The position numbers and the translations under genes are program-made. The notes below the pieces were generated by a model, which did no database searches, was not told where the DNA came from, and saw nothing but the letters and a program-made list of their open reading frames with translations. A DNA stretch of 64,000 bases from Escherichia coli (GTDB lineage: Bacteria; Pseudomonadota; Gammaproteobacteria; Enterobacterales; Enterobacteriaceae), in NCBI RefSeq assembly GCF_024223415.1, contig NZ_CP100500.1; one strand, written 5' to 3'. Below, in pieces: positions 53,177 to 63,878 of this stretch (its first letter is position 1; every line of letters begins with the position of its first letter).

Positions 53177-53428
53177 GTCGGCTCCTTGAAAATGATATGA
53201 AACATTGCATTTCATATTGCATAAAGGATGCTAGTCTGATTAATTTAATATATTCAATAAGTTATGAGTTAACTGGATTCTGAGCGGTACAAAAATGATG
53301 GTCATTAACGTTCAGCAAAAAATGGATTCGACACCCGTGTCGCAGGGGAAAGTGAGAATGTGATCTTGGTCACGAGAAGTGAGGTGTGCTGACCACAAGC
53401 GCAGCCAGCACGGAATGGAGCAAAGTAA

Positions 53429-53899
53429 TCAGGCGTGTTCTTTCAGCCAGTTCAGCACAACGTCGTGGTGATTGCTGGTTTTGAAATCGTCAAAGACATG
53501 TTCGATTTTGCCATCAGCGTCAATCAGGAAGCTGATGCGATGAATACCATCGTAGGTTTTGCCCATGAAGGACTTTTCCCCCCAGACGCCGAATTGTTCG
53601 CACACCTGGTGGTCCTCATCAGACAGGAGCGTAAAGTTAAGCAGCTCTTTTTCCGCAAAACGGGAGAGTTTTTCGGGTTTATCGGTGCTGATACCCAGCA
53701 CATCAACGCCCGCTTTTTTCAACTCATCCATGTTATCGCGTAAGCCGCAGGCCTGTACGGTACAGCCGGGGGTCATGGCTTTCGGGTAGAAATAAACCAG
53801 AACACGCTGTCCCTGGAAGTCGGTCAAATTAACTTGTTCTCCGTCTTGATCCGGCAAGCTAAATTTCGGTGCGGTATCACCGGCTTTCAGTGGATTCAT
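53429..53899 (-). CDS. bcp: Thiol peroxidase Bcp (peroxiredoxin)
   Basis: 156-aa ORF with the peroxiredoxin active-site region (AMTPGCT). Confidence 0.95.
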   Translation of the reverse strand: MNPLKAGDTAPKFSLPDQDGEQVNLTDFQGQRVLVYFYPKAMTPGCTVQACGLRDNMDELKKAGVDVLGISTDKPEKLSRFAEKELLNFTLLSDEDHQVCEQFGVWGEKSFMGKTYDGIHRISFLIDADGKIEHVFDDFKTSNHHDVVLNWLKEHA

Positions 53900-54471
53900 T
53901 ACTTAACTCCATCCTGTTCATCATGTTGGGAATAATTGACGACGTTAATACTGCCTTGTGCATTGAGTTCTGTACATAGGGCTTTGAACGCTTGCTCAAT
54001 ATTTGCTGCGTCCGCAGATGCGGGGCTGTGGGCGGTGATCTGAATATGCAACTGCGCAGCCCGTTCATTTTCAGCAGGTTGCGTGCGCGACACCAGCTCC
54101 GCAATGTTCATATGATGCGCGTCGAAAAGTGCTGTGAAGCGTTCAATTAAATGCGGGGAGTCTGCCACATCGACCTGAACCCAGACAGATGCTGGCATTG
54201 GCGGACGCGGACGCGCCGTCGTGCGCTTCATCACGATTAAAAGATCCAGTTCTGCACCTTTCAACGGTAACGTTGATTCAATCAGAGTGATGGCATTCCA
54301 TGAACCGGAAAGCAGCATGATAAACGTGAACTCTTCTCCCAGCATCGCCAGGCGACTGTCTTCAATATTACAGCCGCAACTACTGACATGACGGGTGATG
54401 GTGTTCACAATTCCAGGGCGATCGGCACCCAACGCAGTGATCACCAGATAATGTTGCGATGACAGTGTCAA
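53899..54471 (-). CDS. gcvR: Glycine cleavage system transcriptional repressor GcvR, TTG start
   Basis: 190-aa product reading (M)TLSSQHYLVITALGADRPGIV from a TTG at 54469-54471 with AAGGA about 9 nt upstream; stop overlaps the bcp start. Confidence 0.85.
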   Translation of the reverse strand: MTLSSQHYLVITALGADRPGIVNTITRHVSSCGCNIEDSRLAMLGEEFTFIMLLSGSWNAITLIESTLPLKGAELDLLIVMKRTTARPRPPMPASVWVQVDVADSPHLIERFTALFDAHHMNIAELVSRTQPAENERAAQLHIQITAHSPASADAANIEQAFKALCTELNAQGSINVVNYSQHDEQDGVK

Positions 54472-54616
54472 ACTGGTTATTCCTTTAAGGGGTGAGTTGT
54501 TCTTAAGGAAAGCATAAAAAAAACATGCATACAACAATCAGAACGGTTCTGTCTGCTTGCTTTTAATGCCATACCAAACGTACCATTGAGACACTTGTTT
54601 GCACAGAGGATGGCCC

Positions 54617-55495
54617 ATGTTCACGGGAAGTATTGTCGCGATTGTTACTCCGATGGATGAAAAAGGTAATGTCTGTCGGGCTAGCTTGAAAAAACTGATT
54701 GATTATCATGTCGCCAGCGGTACTTCGGCGATCGTTTCTGTTGGCACCACTGGCGAGTCCGCTACCTTAAATCATGACGAACATGCTGATGTGGTGATGA
54801 TGACGCTGGAGCTGGCTGACGGGCGCATTCCGGTGATTGCCGGGACCGGTGCTAACGCTACTGCGGAAGCCATTAGCCTGACGCAGCGCTTCAATGACAG
54901 TGGTATCGTCGGCTGCCTGACGGTAACCCCTTACTACAATCGTCCGTCGCAAGAAGGTTTGTATCAGCATTTCAAAGCCATCGCTGAGCATACTGACCTG
55001 CCGCAAATTCTGTATAATGTGCCGTCCCGTACTGGCTGCGATCTGCTCCCGGAAACGGTGGGCCGTCTGGCGAAAGTAAAAAATATTATCGGAATCAAAG
55101 AGGCAACAGGGAACTTAACGCGTGTAAACCAGATCAAAGAGCTGGTTTCAGATGATTTTGTTCTGCTGAGCGGCGATGATGCGAGCGCGCTGGACTTCAT
55201 GCAATTAGGCGGTCATGGGGTTATTTCCGTTACGGCTAACGTCGCAGCGCGTGATATGGCCCAGATGTGCAAACTGGCAGCAGAAGGGCATTTTGCCGAG
55301 GCACGCGTTATTAATCAGCGTCTGATGCCATTACACAACAAACTATTTGTCGAACCCAATCCAATCCCGGTGAAATGGGCATGTAAGGAACTGGGTCTTG
55401 TGGCGACCGATACGCTGCGCCTGCCAATGACACCAATCACCGACAGTGGTCGTGAGACGGTCAGAGCGGCGCTTAAGCATGCCGGTTTGCTGTAA
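54617..55495 (+). CDS. dapA: 4-hydroxy-tetrahydrodipicolinate synthase
   Basis: 292-aa product from [17 protein letters not shown] with GAGGA Shine-Dalgarno. Confidence 0.95.
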   Translation: MFTGSIVAIVTPMDEKGNVCRASLKKLIDYHVASGTSAIVSVGTTGESATLNHDEHADVVMMTLELADGRIPVIAGTGANATAEAISLTQRFNDSGIVGCLTVTPYYNRPSQEGLYQHFKAIAEHTDLPQILYNVPSRTGCDLLPETVGRLAKVKNIIGIKEATGNLTRVNQIKELVSDDFVLLSGDDASALDFMQLGGHGVISVTANVAARDMAQMCKLAAEGHFAEARVINQRLMPLHNKLFVEPNPIPVKWACKELGLVATDTLRLPMTPITDSGRETVRAALKHAGLL

Positions 55496-55511
55496 AGTTT
55501 AGGGAGATTTG

Positions 55512-56546
55512 ATGGCTTACTCTGTTCAAAAGTCGCGCCTGGCAAAGGTTGCGGGTGTTTCGCTTGTTTTATTACTCGCTGCCTGTAGTTCTGACTCACG
55601 CTATAAGCGTCAGGTCAGTGGTGATGAAGCCTACCTGGAAGCGGCACCGCTTGCGGAGCTTCATGCCCCGGCTGGAATGATTTTGCCGGTGACCTCCGGT
55701 GATTATGCAATCCCGGTGACCAACGGTAGTGGTGCTGTCGGTAAGGCGCTGGACATTCGTCCACCAGCCCAGCCGCTGGCACTAGTTTCTGGCGCGCGTA
55801 CCCAGTTCACGGGCGATACCGCTTCATTGCTGGTGGAAAATGGTCGTGGCAATACTCTGTGGCCGCAGGTGGTTAGCGTGCTGCAGGCGAAAAACTACAC
55901 CATCACCCAACGTGATGATGCTGGTCAGACACTGACCACCGATTGGGTACAATGGAACCGTCTGGACGAAGACGAGCAGTATCGTGGTCGTTATCAAATC
56001 TCTGTTAAGCCGCAGGGTTATCAGCAGGCGGTTACGGTTAAACTGCTGAACCTGGAACAGGCGGGCAAACCGGTTGCAGACGCGGCTTCCATGCAGCGTT
56101 ACAGCACGGAGATGATGAACGTTATTTCCGCTGGTCTGGATAAATCTGCCACTGACGCCGCGAACGCTGCGCAAAATCGTGCCTCCACCACTATGGACGT
56201 ACAAAGTGCAGCTGATGACACCGGTTTACCAATGCTGGTCGTACGCGGGCCGTTCAATGTGGTTTGGCAACGTCTGCCAGCGGCGCTGGAAAAAGTGGGC
56301 ATGAAAGTGACCGACAGCACCCGTTCGCAGGGCAACATGGCCGTAACTTATAAGCCGCTGTCTGACAGCGACTGGCAGGAACTGGGCGCGAGCGATCCAG
56401 GCCTGGCATCCGGTGACTATAAACTGCAGGTTGGCGATTTAGATAACCGCAGCAGCCTACAGTTCATCGATCCGAAAGGTCATACTCTGACTCAGAGTCA
56501 GAACGACGCGCTGGTAGCTGTCTTCCAGGCTGCGTTTAGCAAGTAA
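55512..56546 (+). CDS. bamC: Outer membrane protein assembly factor BamC (lipoprotein)
   Basis: 344-aa product from [27 protein letters not shown] (lipobox). Confidence 0.9.
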
Positions 56547-56552
56547 AAATAC

Positions 56553-56580
56553 AGGGCTGGAATCATCCGGCCCTTTTTTC
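56553..56580 (+). terminator. Rho-independent terminator after bamC
   Basis: Hairpin agggctgg / ccggccct followed by TTTTTT. Confidence 0.6.
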
Positions 56581-56589
56581 TGATATGAT

Positions 56590-56605
56590 ACGCAAACGTG
56601 TGCGT
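56590..56605 (+). promoter_or_regulatory. PurR operator (ACGCAAACGTGTGCGT) upstream of purC
   Basis: 16-bp near-palindrome matching the PurR box consensus, about 155 nt upstream of the purC ATG. Confidence 0.55.
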
Positions 56606-56651
56606 CGGCAGGAAAACGCGATTTTAGCGGTAATTCGCACGAAATTTGTTT

Positions 56652-56706
<55 letters not shown>

Positions 56707-56758
56707 ACCAGACAGCAAAAGATTTTAAAACGTTAATTCACACCCAGGAGTGATAAAG

Positions 56759-57472
56759 ATGCAAAAGCAAGCTGAGTTGTATCGTGGTAAAGCGAAAACC
56801 GTATACAGCACGGAAAACCCGGACCTGTTGGTGCTCGAATTCCGCAATGATACGTCAGCAGGGGATGGCGCGCGCATTGAGCAGTTTGATCGCAAAGGTA
56901 TGGTGAACAACAAGTTCAACTACTTCATTATGAGCAAACTGGCTGAAGCGGGTATCCCGACTCAAATGGAGCGTCTGCTCTCCGATACCGAATGTCTGGT
57001 GAAAAAGCTGGATATGGTACCGGTTGAGTGTGTCGTGCGTAACCGTGCTGCTGGCTCTCTGGTGAAACGTCTTGGAATCGAAGAAGGTATTGAGCTGAAC
57101 CCGCCGCTGTTCGATCTGTTCCTGAAAAACGACGCCATGCACGATCCGATGGTCAACGAATCTTACTGCGAAACCTTTGGCTGGGTAAGCAAAGAGAACC
57201 TGGCACGCATGAAAGAGCTGACCTACAAAGCGAACGACGTGCTGAAAAAACTGTTCGATGATGCTGGTCTGATTCTGGTCGACTTCAAGCTGGAGTTTGG
57301 TCTGTACAAAGGCGAAGTGGTACTGGGTGATGAGTTCTCCCCGGACGGTAGCCGCCTGTGGGACAAAGAAACGCTGGAGAAAATGGACAAAGACCGTTTC
57401 CGCCAGAGCCTCGGTGGCCTGATCGAGGCCTATGAAGCCGTCGCCCGCCGCCTGGGTGTACAGCTGGACTGA
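56759..57472 (+). CDS. purC: SAICAR synthetase
   Basis: 237-aa product from [16 protein letters not shown]. Confidence 0.95.
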
Positions 57473-57494
57473 TTTTTCTGGTTGCTTGTTTATT

Positions 57495-57516
57495 TAGCCG
57501 GAGGGTACTCCGGCTA
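57495..57516 (+). terminator. Hairpin downstream of purC (weak terminator candidate)
   Basis: Perfect 9-bp stem tagccggag / ctccggcta with a 4-nt loop; no clear U-tract follows. Confidence 0.35.
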
Positions 57517-57587
57517 AATGTCTTCGATACCCCCGCTACAATACTTCGCATTATCTCCCTTTGACAGGAAAGTAATAACAGGCCAAT

Positions 57588-57599
57588 ATGTATATACAT
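57588..57599 (+). promoter_or_regulatory. Perfect 12-bp palindrome ATGTATATACAT in the vapBC promoter region (putative VapB operator)
   Basis: Palindrome lies between a TTGACA hexamer (57561-57566) and the vapB Shine-Dalgarno/ATG. Confidence 0.4.
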
Positions 57600-57626
57600 G
57601 ACGTATATCCCAAAAAAGGGGGGGCT

Positions 57627-57854
57627 ATGGAAACTACTGTATTTTTAAGTAATCGCAGTCAGGCCGTCAGATTACCGAAAGCGGTCGCTCTGCCAGAGGA
57701 TGTTAAGAAAGTAGAAATTATTGCGATTGGTCGTACAAGAATCATCACTCCCGCCGGTGAGTCCTGGGACAGTTGGTTTGATGGCGAAAATGTGAGTGCG
57801 GATTTTATGGATATCCGTGATCAACCCGCAATGCAGGAAAGGGAATCATTCTGA
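57627..57854 (+). CDS. vapB: VapB antitoxin (AbrB/SpoVT-type DNA-binding fold)
   Basis: 75-aa product from METTVFLSNRSQAVRLPKAV with a strong GGGGG Shine-Dalgarno; stop overlaps the vapC start (TGATG). Confidence 0.8.
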   Translation: METTVFLSNRSQAVRLPKAVALPEDVKKVEIIAIGRTRIITPAGESWDSWFDGENVSADFMDIRDQPAMQERESF

Positions 57855-58252
57855 TGCTGAAATTCATGCTGGATACCAATATCTGTATTTTCACTATTAA
57901 GAATAAACCAGTACATGTCAGAGAGCGGTTTAACCTGAATTCTGGCCGGATGTGTATAAGTTCTGTAACATTGATGGAGCTTATCTATGGGGCAGAAAAA
58001 AGTCAGATGCCAGAACGCAATTTGGCGGTGATTGAAGGTTTCGTATCTCGTTTGGAAGTGCTTGATTATGATAGTGCTGCTGCGACGCATACTGGGCAAA
58101 TCAGGGCCGAGCTTGCCCGGCAGGGAAGGCCTGTTGGACCTTTTGACCAGATGATAGCGGGACATGCTCGCAGTCGCGGTTTGATTGTGGTTACCAACAA
58201 TACCCGAGAGTTTGAGCGAGTGGCGGGAATCAGACTAGAAGATTGGAGCTAA
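57854..58252 (+). CDS. vapC: VapC PIN-domain ribonuclease toxin
   Basis: 132-aa ORF starting MLKFMLDTNICIF with conserved acidic PIN residues; closely resembles the enteric VapC/MvpT family as I recall it. Confidence 0.85.
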   Translation: MLKFMLDTNICIFTIKNKPVHVRERFNLNSGRMCISSVTLMELIYGAEKSQMPERNLAVIEGFVSRLEVLDYDSAAATHTGQIRAELARQGRPVGPFDQMIAGHARSRGLIVVTNNTREFERVAGIRLEDWS

Positions 58253-58398
58253 CATTCTCTTTTACTTCTAACATTCGTAAATTATATAACGTGGCATGAA
58301 GCCTTAATTCCTCCGCCATTTCATCCCGTTTTCCTGTGGTAATCTTCCTCTGAACCACCTACGATCATTTCTATAATGAATATATTGTTGAGGTATCT

Positions 58399-59262
58399 AT
58401 GCGTTGGCAAGGGCGACGTGAAAGTGACAATGTTGAAGACAGGCGCAATAGCTCCGGCGGTCCGTCAATGGGCGGTCCCGGTTTCCGTCTGCCGAGCGGT
58501 AAAGGCGGGCTGATTTTACTGATAGTCGTGCTGGTTGCAGGCTACTATGGCGTTGATTTAACCGGGTTGATGACCGGGCAGCCGGTTTCTCAACAGCAAT
58601 CAACGCGGTCAATTAGCCCAAATGAAGACGAAGCCGCAAAATTCACCTCGGTGATTCTGGCAACCACGGAAGACACCTGGGGACAACAGTTCGAGAAGAT
58701 GGGTAAGACCTATCAGCAACCGAAGCTGGTCATGTACCGTGGAATGACGCGTACCGGATGCGGGGCGGGCCAGTCCATAATGGGGCCGTTCTATTGCCCG
58801 GCGGATGGCACGGTTTATATCGATCTCTCCTTCTATGATGACATGAAAGACAAACTTGGCGCGGATGGCGATTTTGCCCAAGGGTACGTTATCGCCCATG
58901 AAGTCGGTCATCATGTGCAGAAACTGTTAGGCATCGAGCCGAAAGTTCGTCAACTGCAACAAAACGCGACGCAGGCGGAAGTGAACCGCTTATCTGTGCG
59001 TATGGAACTCCAGGCCGACTGTTTTGCCGGTGTCTGGGGGCATAGTATGCAGCAGCAAGGCGTTCTGGAAACCGGCGATCTGGAAGAGGCGCTGAACGCT
59101 GCGCAGGCCATCGGCGATGACCGTTTACAACAGCAAAGTCAGGGGCGAGTAGTACCAGACAGTTTCACTCATGGCACTTCTCAGCAACGCTACAGCTGGT
59201 TTAAACGTGGTTTCGACAGCGGCGATCCGGCACAATGCAATACTTTTGGTAAAAGCATTTAA
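58399..59262 (+). CDS. ypfJ: Predicted zinc metalloprotease-family membrane protein YpfJ
   Basis: 287-aa ORF with HEVGHH motif and an N-terminal hydrophobic segment. Confidence 0.9.
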
Positions 59263-59276
59263 CTTCCGGGGCAGGG

Positions 59277-61292
59277 ATGGCTGAACTGACTGCGCTTCAC
59301 ACATTAACAGCGCAAATGAAACGTGAAGGGATCCGCCGCTTGCTGGTGTTGAGCGGGGAAGAGGGTTGGTGTTTTGATCATGCGCTTAAGTTACGTGATG
59401 CCTTATCTGGCGACTGGCTGTGGATTTCGCCGCAGCCAGATGCTGAAAACCACTGTTCTCCCTCGGCACTACAAACTTTACTTGGGCGCGAGTTCCGGCA
59501 TGCGGTATTCGACGCCCGCCACGGCTTTGATGCCGCTGCCTTTGCCGCACTTAGCGGAACGTTGAAAGCGGGAAGCTGGCTGGTTTTGTTACTCCCTGTA
59601 TGGGAAGAGTGGGAAAACCAACCTGATGCCGACTCGCTGCGCTGGAGTGATTGCCCTGACCCTATTGCGACGCCGCATTTTGTCCAGCATTTCAAACGCG
59701 TACTTACGGCGGATAACGACGCTATCCTCTGGCGGCAAAACCAGCCGTTCTCGTTGGCGCATTTTACTCCCCGTACTGACTGGCACCCCGCGACCGGCGC
59801 ACCACAACCAGAACAACAGCAACTCTTACAGCAGCTACTGACCATGCCGTCGGGCGTGGCAGCGGTAACTGCTGCGCGTGGGCGCGGTAAATCGGCGCTG
59901 GCAGGGCAACTCATTTCTCGTATTGCGGGTAGTGCGATTGTCACTGCGCCCGCAAAAGCGGCAACGGATGTACTGGCACAATTTGCGGGCGAGAAGTTTC
60001 GCTTTATTGCGCCGGATGCCTTGTTAGCCAGCGATGAGCAAGCCGACTGGCTGGTGGTCGATGAAGCCGCAGCCATACCTGCGCCGTTGTTGCATCAACT
60101 GGTATCGCGTTTTCCTCGAACGTTGTTAACCACTACGGTGCAGGGCTACGAAGGCACCGGACGTGGTTTTTTGCTGAAATTTTGCGCTCGCTTTCCGCAT
60201 TTACACCGTTTTGAACTGCAACAGCCGATCCGCTGGGCACAGGGATGCCCGCTGGAAAAAATGGTTAGTAATGCACTGGTTTTTGACGATGAAAACTTCA
60301 CCCATACACCACAAGGCAATATTGTCATTTCCGCATTTGAACAGACGTTATGGCGAATCGAGCCAGAAACGCCGTTAAAGGTTTATCAGTTATTGTCTGG
60401 TGCGCACTACCGGACTTCGCCGCTGGATTTACGCCGCATGATGGATGCACCAGGGCAACATTTTTTACAGGCGGCTGGCGAAAACGAGATTGCCGGAGCG
60501 CTGTGGCTGGTGGATGAGGGTGGATTATCTCAAGAACTCAGTCAGGCGGTATGGGCAGGTTTTCGTCGCCCGCGGGGTAATCTGGTGGCCCAGTCGCTGG
60601 CGGCGCACGGCAGCAATCCACTGGCGGCGACATTGCGTGGACGGCGGGTCAGCCGGATAGCAGTTCATCCGGCTCGTCAGCGGGAAGGCACAGGGCGGCA
60701 ACTTATTGCTGGTGCTTTGCAATATACGCAAGACCTCGACTATCTTTCGGTAAGTTTTGGTTACACCGGGGAGTTATGGCGTTTCTGGCAACGCTGCGGT
60801 TTTGTGCTGGTGCGAATGGGTAATCATCGTGAAGCCAGCAGCGGTTGCTATACGGCGATGGCGCTGTTACCGATGAGTGATGCGGGTAAACAGCTGGCTG
60901 AACGTGAGCATTACCGTTTACGTCGCGATGCGCAAGCTCTCGCGCAGTGGAATGGCGAAACACTCCCTGTTGATCCACTAAACAATGCCGTCCTTTCTGA
61001 CGACGACTGGCTTGAACTGGCCGGTTTTGCTTTCGCTCATCGTCCGCTATTAACGTCGTTAGGTTGCTTATTGCGTCTGCTACAAACCAGTGAACTGGCA
61101 TTACCGGCGCTGCGTGGGCGTTTACAGAAAAACGTCAGCGACGCGCAGTTATGTACCACACTTAAACTTTCAGGCCGCAAGATGTTACTGGTCCGTCAGC
61201 GGGAAGAGGCCGCGCATGCGCTGTTCGCACTTAATGATGTTCGCACTGAGCGTCTGCGCGATCGCATAACGCAATGGCAATTTTTTCACTGA
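59277..61292 (+). CDS. tmcA: tRNA(Met) cytidine acetyltransferase
   Basis: 671-aa ORF with helicase-like P-loop region (GRGKSA) and C-terminal GNAT-type domain. Confidence 0.9.
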   Translation: MAELTALHTLTAQMKREGIRRLLVLSGEEGWCFDHALKLRDALSGDWLWISPQPDAENHCSPSALQTLLGREFRHAVFDARHGFDAAAFAALSGTLKAGSWLVLLLPVWEEWENQPDADSLRWSDCPDPIATPHFVQHFKRVLTADNDAILWRQNQPFSLAHFTPRTDWHPATGAPQPEQQQLLQQLLTMPSGVAAVTAARGRGKSALAGQLISRIAGSAIVTAPAKAATDVLAQFAGEKFRFIAPDALLASDEQADWLVVDEAAAIPAPLLHQLVSRFPRTLLTTTVQGYEGTGRGFLLKFCARFPHLHRFELQQPIRWAQGCPLEKMVSNALVFDDENFTHTPQGNIVISAFEQTLWRIEPETPLKVYQLLSGAHYRTSPLDLRRMMDAPGQHFLQAAGENEIAGALWLVDEGGLSQELSQAVWAGFRRPRGNLVAQSLAAHGSNPLAATLRGRRVSRIAVHPARQREGTGRQLIAGALQYTQDLDYLSVSFGYTGELWRFWQRCGFVLVRMGNHREASSGCYTAMALLPMSDAGKQLAEREHYRLRRDAQALAQWNGETLPVDPLNNAVLSDDDWLELAGFAFAHRPLLTSLGCLLRLLQTSELALPALRGRLQKNVSDAQLCTTLKLSGRKMLLVRQREEAAHALFALNDVRTERLRDRITQWQFFH

Positions 61293-61365
61293 CTCCTTCA
61301 ATTTTCTCCCATGGTCATTGTGAGTCAGCGGCGTAAAATTAATGACATCAGTTAAGGAGTTCGCC

Positions 61366-62064
61366 ATGAAACATGACCATTTTGTTGTTCAAAGCCCGGA
61401 TAAACCTGCGCAACAGTTGTTACTGCTTTTCCACGGTGTCGGGGATAACCCGGTGGCAATGGGGGAAATAGGCAGCTGGTTTGCACCGCTGTTTCCTGAT
61501 GCGCTGGTGGTGAGTGTCGGTGGCGCGGAGCCGAGCGGTAATCCGGCGGGGCGTCAGTGGTTTTCAGTGCAGGGTATTACGGAAGATAATCGCCAGGCGC
61601 GTGTGGATGCGATCATGCCGACGTTTATTGAAACGGTGCGCTACTGGCAGAAACAGAGCGGAGTAGGGGCTAACGCCACGGCGCTAATCGGTTTCTCTCA
61701 AGGCGCGATTATGGCGCTGGAGAGCATTAAAGCCGAACCGGGCCTTGCTTCGCGCGTCATTGCCTTTAACGGACGCTATGCGAGCCTGCCGGAAACCGCG
61801 TCTACAGCAACGACAATTCACCTGATTCATGGCGGTGAAGATCCGGTTATCGATCTGGCGCATGCGGTTGCGGCGCAGGAAGCGTTAATTAGTGCCGGTG
61901 GTGACGTGACGCTGGATATCGTGGAGGATTTAGGCCATGCGATCGACAATCGCAGTATGCAATTTGCCCTGGATCACTTGCGTTATACCATTCCGAAACA
62001 TTATTTCGACGAAGCGCTAAGCGGCGGTAAGCCTGGCGATGATGATGTGATTGAAATGATGTAA
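61366..62064 (+). CDS. ypfH: Esterase YpfH (alpha/beta hydrolase)
   Basis: 232-aa product from MKHDHFVVQSP with GFSQG nucleophile elbow. Confidence 0.9.
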   Translation: MKHDHFVVQSPDKPAQQLLLLFHGVGDNPVAMGEIGSWFAPLFPDALVVSVGGAEPSGNPAGRQWFSVQGITEDNRQARVDAIMPTFIETVRYWQKQSGVGANATALIGFSQGAIMALESIKAEPGLASRVIAFNGRYASLPETASTATTIHLIHGGEDPVIDLAHAVAAQEALISAGGDVTLDIVEDLGHAIDNRSMQFALDHLRYTIPKHYFDEALSGGKPGDDDVIEMM

Positions 62065-62070
62065 TAATAG

Positions 62071-62140
62071 CCGGGTAGGCCTGATAAGACCGTATCAGGC
62101 ATCATGGCCGGATGCGGCGTGAACGCCTTATCCGGCCACT
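62071..62140. repeat. BIME with two REP palindromic units between ypfH and ypfN
   Basis: gtaggcctgataagaccgtatcaggc and ggccggatgcggcgtgaacgccttatccggcc. Confidence 0.6.
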
Positions 62141-62144
62141 CAGC

Positions 62145-62345
62145 TTACTTCTTCGGTTGATCCTTTTTCGGCCAGTCGTCGTCATCGTCCCACTTATCGT
62201 TGAAATCACGATGCGGGGGAAGCTCCGGCTTGTTGGCGAGAAATTTCTTATGGTAGACGCGCTTGAGATCTTTAATCACGTTCAGCAGGACGCCTACCAA
62301 AAAGACAATCACCAGAATCCACCAATATTTAGCCAGCCAGTCCAT
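62145..62345 (-). CDS. ypfN: Small inner-membrane protein YpfN
   Basis: 66-aa product from [21 protein letters not shown]. Confidence 0.8.
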   Translation of the reverse strand: MDWLAKYWWILVIVFLVGVLLNVIKDLKRVYHKKFLANKPELPPHRDFNDKWDDDDDWPKKDQPKK

Positions 62346-62372
62346 GCTTATTTCCTCTTGCAGAACCACTCA

Positions 62373-63500
62373 TCACGCGACGAGCTGTTCCATGATACGT
62401 TGATACATACGGGCAAGTAGCTGCAGGTCGGCAGCGTTCACACATTCATTAATTTTATGAATAGTGGCATTGACCGGCCCGAGTTCCACCACCTGCGCCC
62501 CCATGCGGGCAATAAAGCGCCCGTCGGACGTTCCGCCTGTGGTCAGTAGCTGCGGTTTAATTTCATTATAGTGCTCAACCGCGTTAACGACTGCATCCAC
62601 CAGTTTACCGCGCGCGGTCAAAAATGGCTGCCCGGAAAGCCACCAGTCCACCGTATAACGCAGTTGATGTTTTTCAAGCAGGGCAAGCACCTGTGCTTTG
62701 ATCATCTCATCAGTCAGTTCGGTACTGAAGCGGAAGTTAAACTGCACAAACAGTTCACCCGGAATAACGTTGTTACTGCCCGTTCCCGCCTGAATATTGG
62801 CAATCTGCATACTGGTCGCCGGGAAGAATTCATTGCCCTGATCCCACTCAATAGCCACTAATTCATTAAGGAAAGGTGCTGCGCGATGTACCGGATTGTC
62901 AGCCAGATGTGGGTAGGCCACATGCCCCTGAACGCCATGAATGGTTAGGTTGCAGGTTAACGATCCGCGACGACCATTTTTCACCACATCACCAACCACT
63001 TCGATACTCGACGGTTCGCCGACCAGGCAGTAATCGAGACGCTCATTACGCGCCATTAACGCTTCGACGACTTTTACCGTACCGTTGTGGGCACTAGCTT
63101 CTTCATCAGAGGTGATCAGAAATGCCAGTCGCCCCGTATGGTTGGGATGTTGTGCGACAAAACGTTCTGCTGCTACCACCATTGCCGCCAGCGAGCCTTT
63201 CATATCTGCCGCACCGCGCCCGAATAACATGCCGTCACGAATGGTCGGTTCAAACGGCGGATTGATCCAACGGTCGGCGTCGCCAGGCGGCACCACGTCG
63301 GTATGCCCGGCAAAGGCCAACGTTTCACCTTGCCCACGCCATGCCCAAAAATTCTGCGTATCGGCAAAATCCATGCGTTCAACGGTAAAACCGATCGCCT
63401 GCAAACGTTCAATCAACAAAGCCTGGCATCCTGCGTCATCAGGACTCAGGGAAGGGCGGCGAATAAGCTGTTGTGTCAGCTCAATAACCGGGCACGACAT
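62373..63500 (-). CDS. dapE: Succinyl-diaminopimelate desuccinylase
   Basis: 375-aa M20-family ORF recognised as DapE. Confidence 0.95.
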
Positions 63501-63503
63501 AGA

Positions 63504-63878
<375 letters not shown>

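Noticed and set aside
57588-57626. Upstream ATG at 57588 as the vapB start (88-aa version)
   Set aside because: That ATG lies inside the palindromic putative operator and lacks a Shine-Dalgarno; the ATG at 57627 has a strong GGGGG Shine-Dalgarno and gives the conserved antitoxin N-terminus.
59378-60076. 232-aa minus-strand ORF inside tmcA
   Set aside because: Antisense, Ala/Ser/Cys-rich low-complexity translation.
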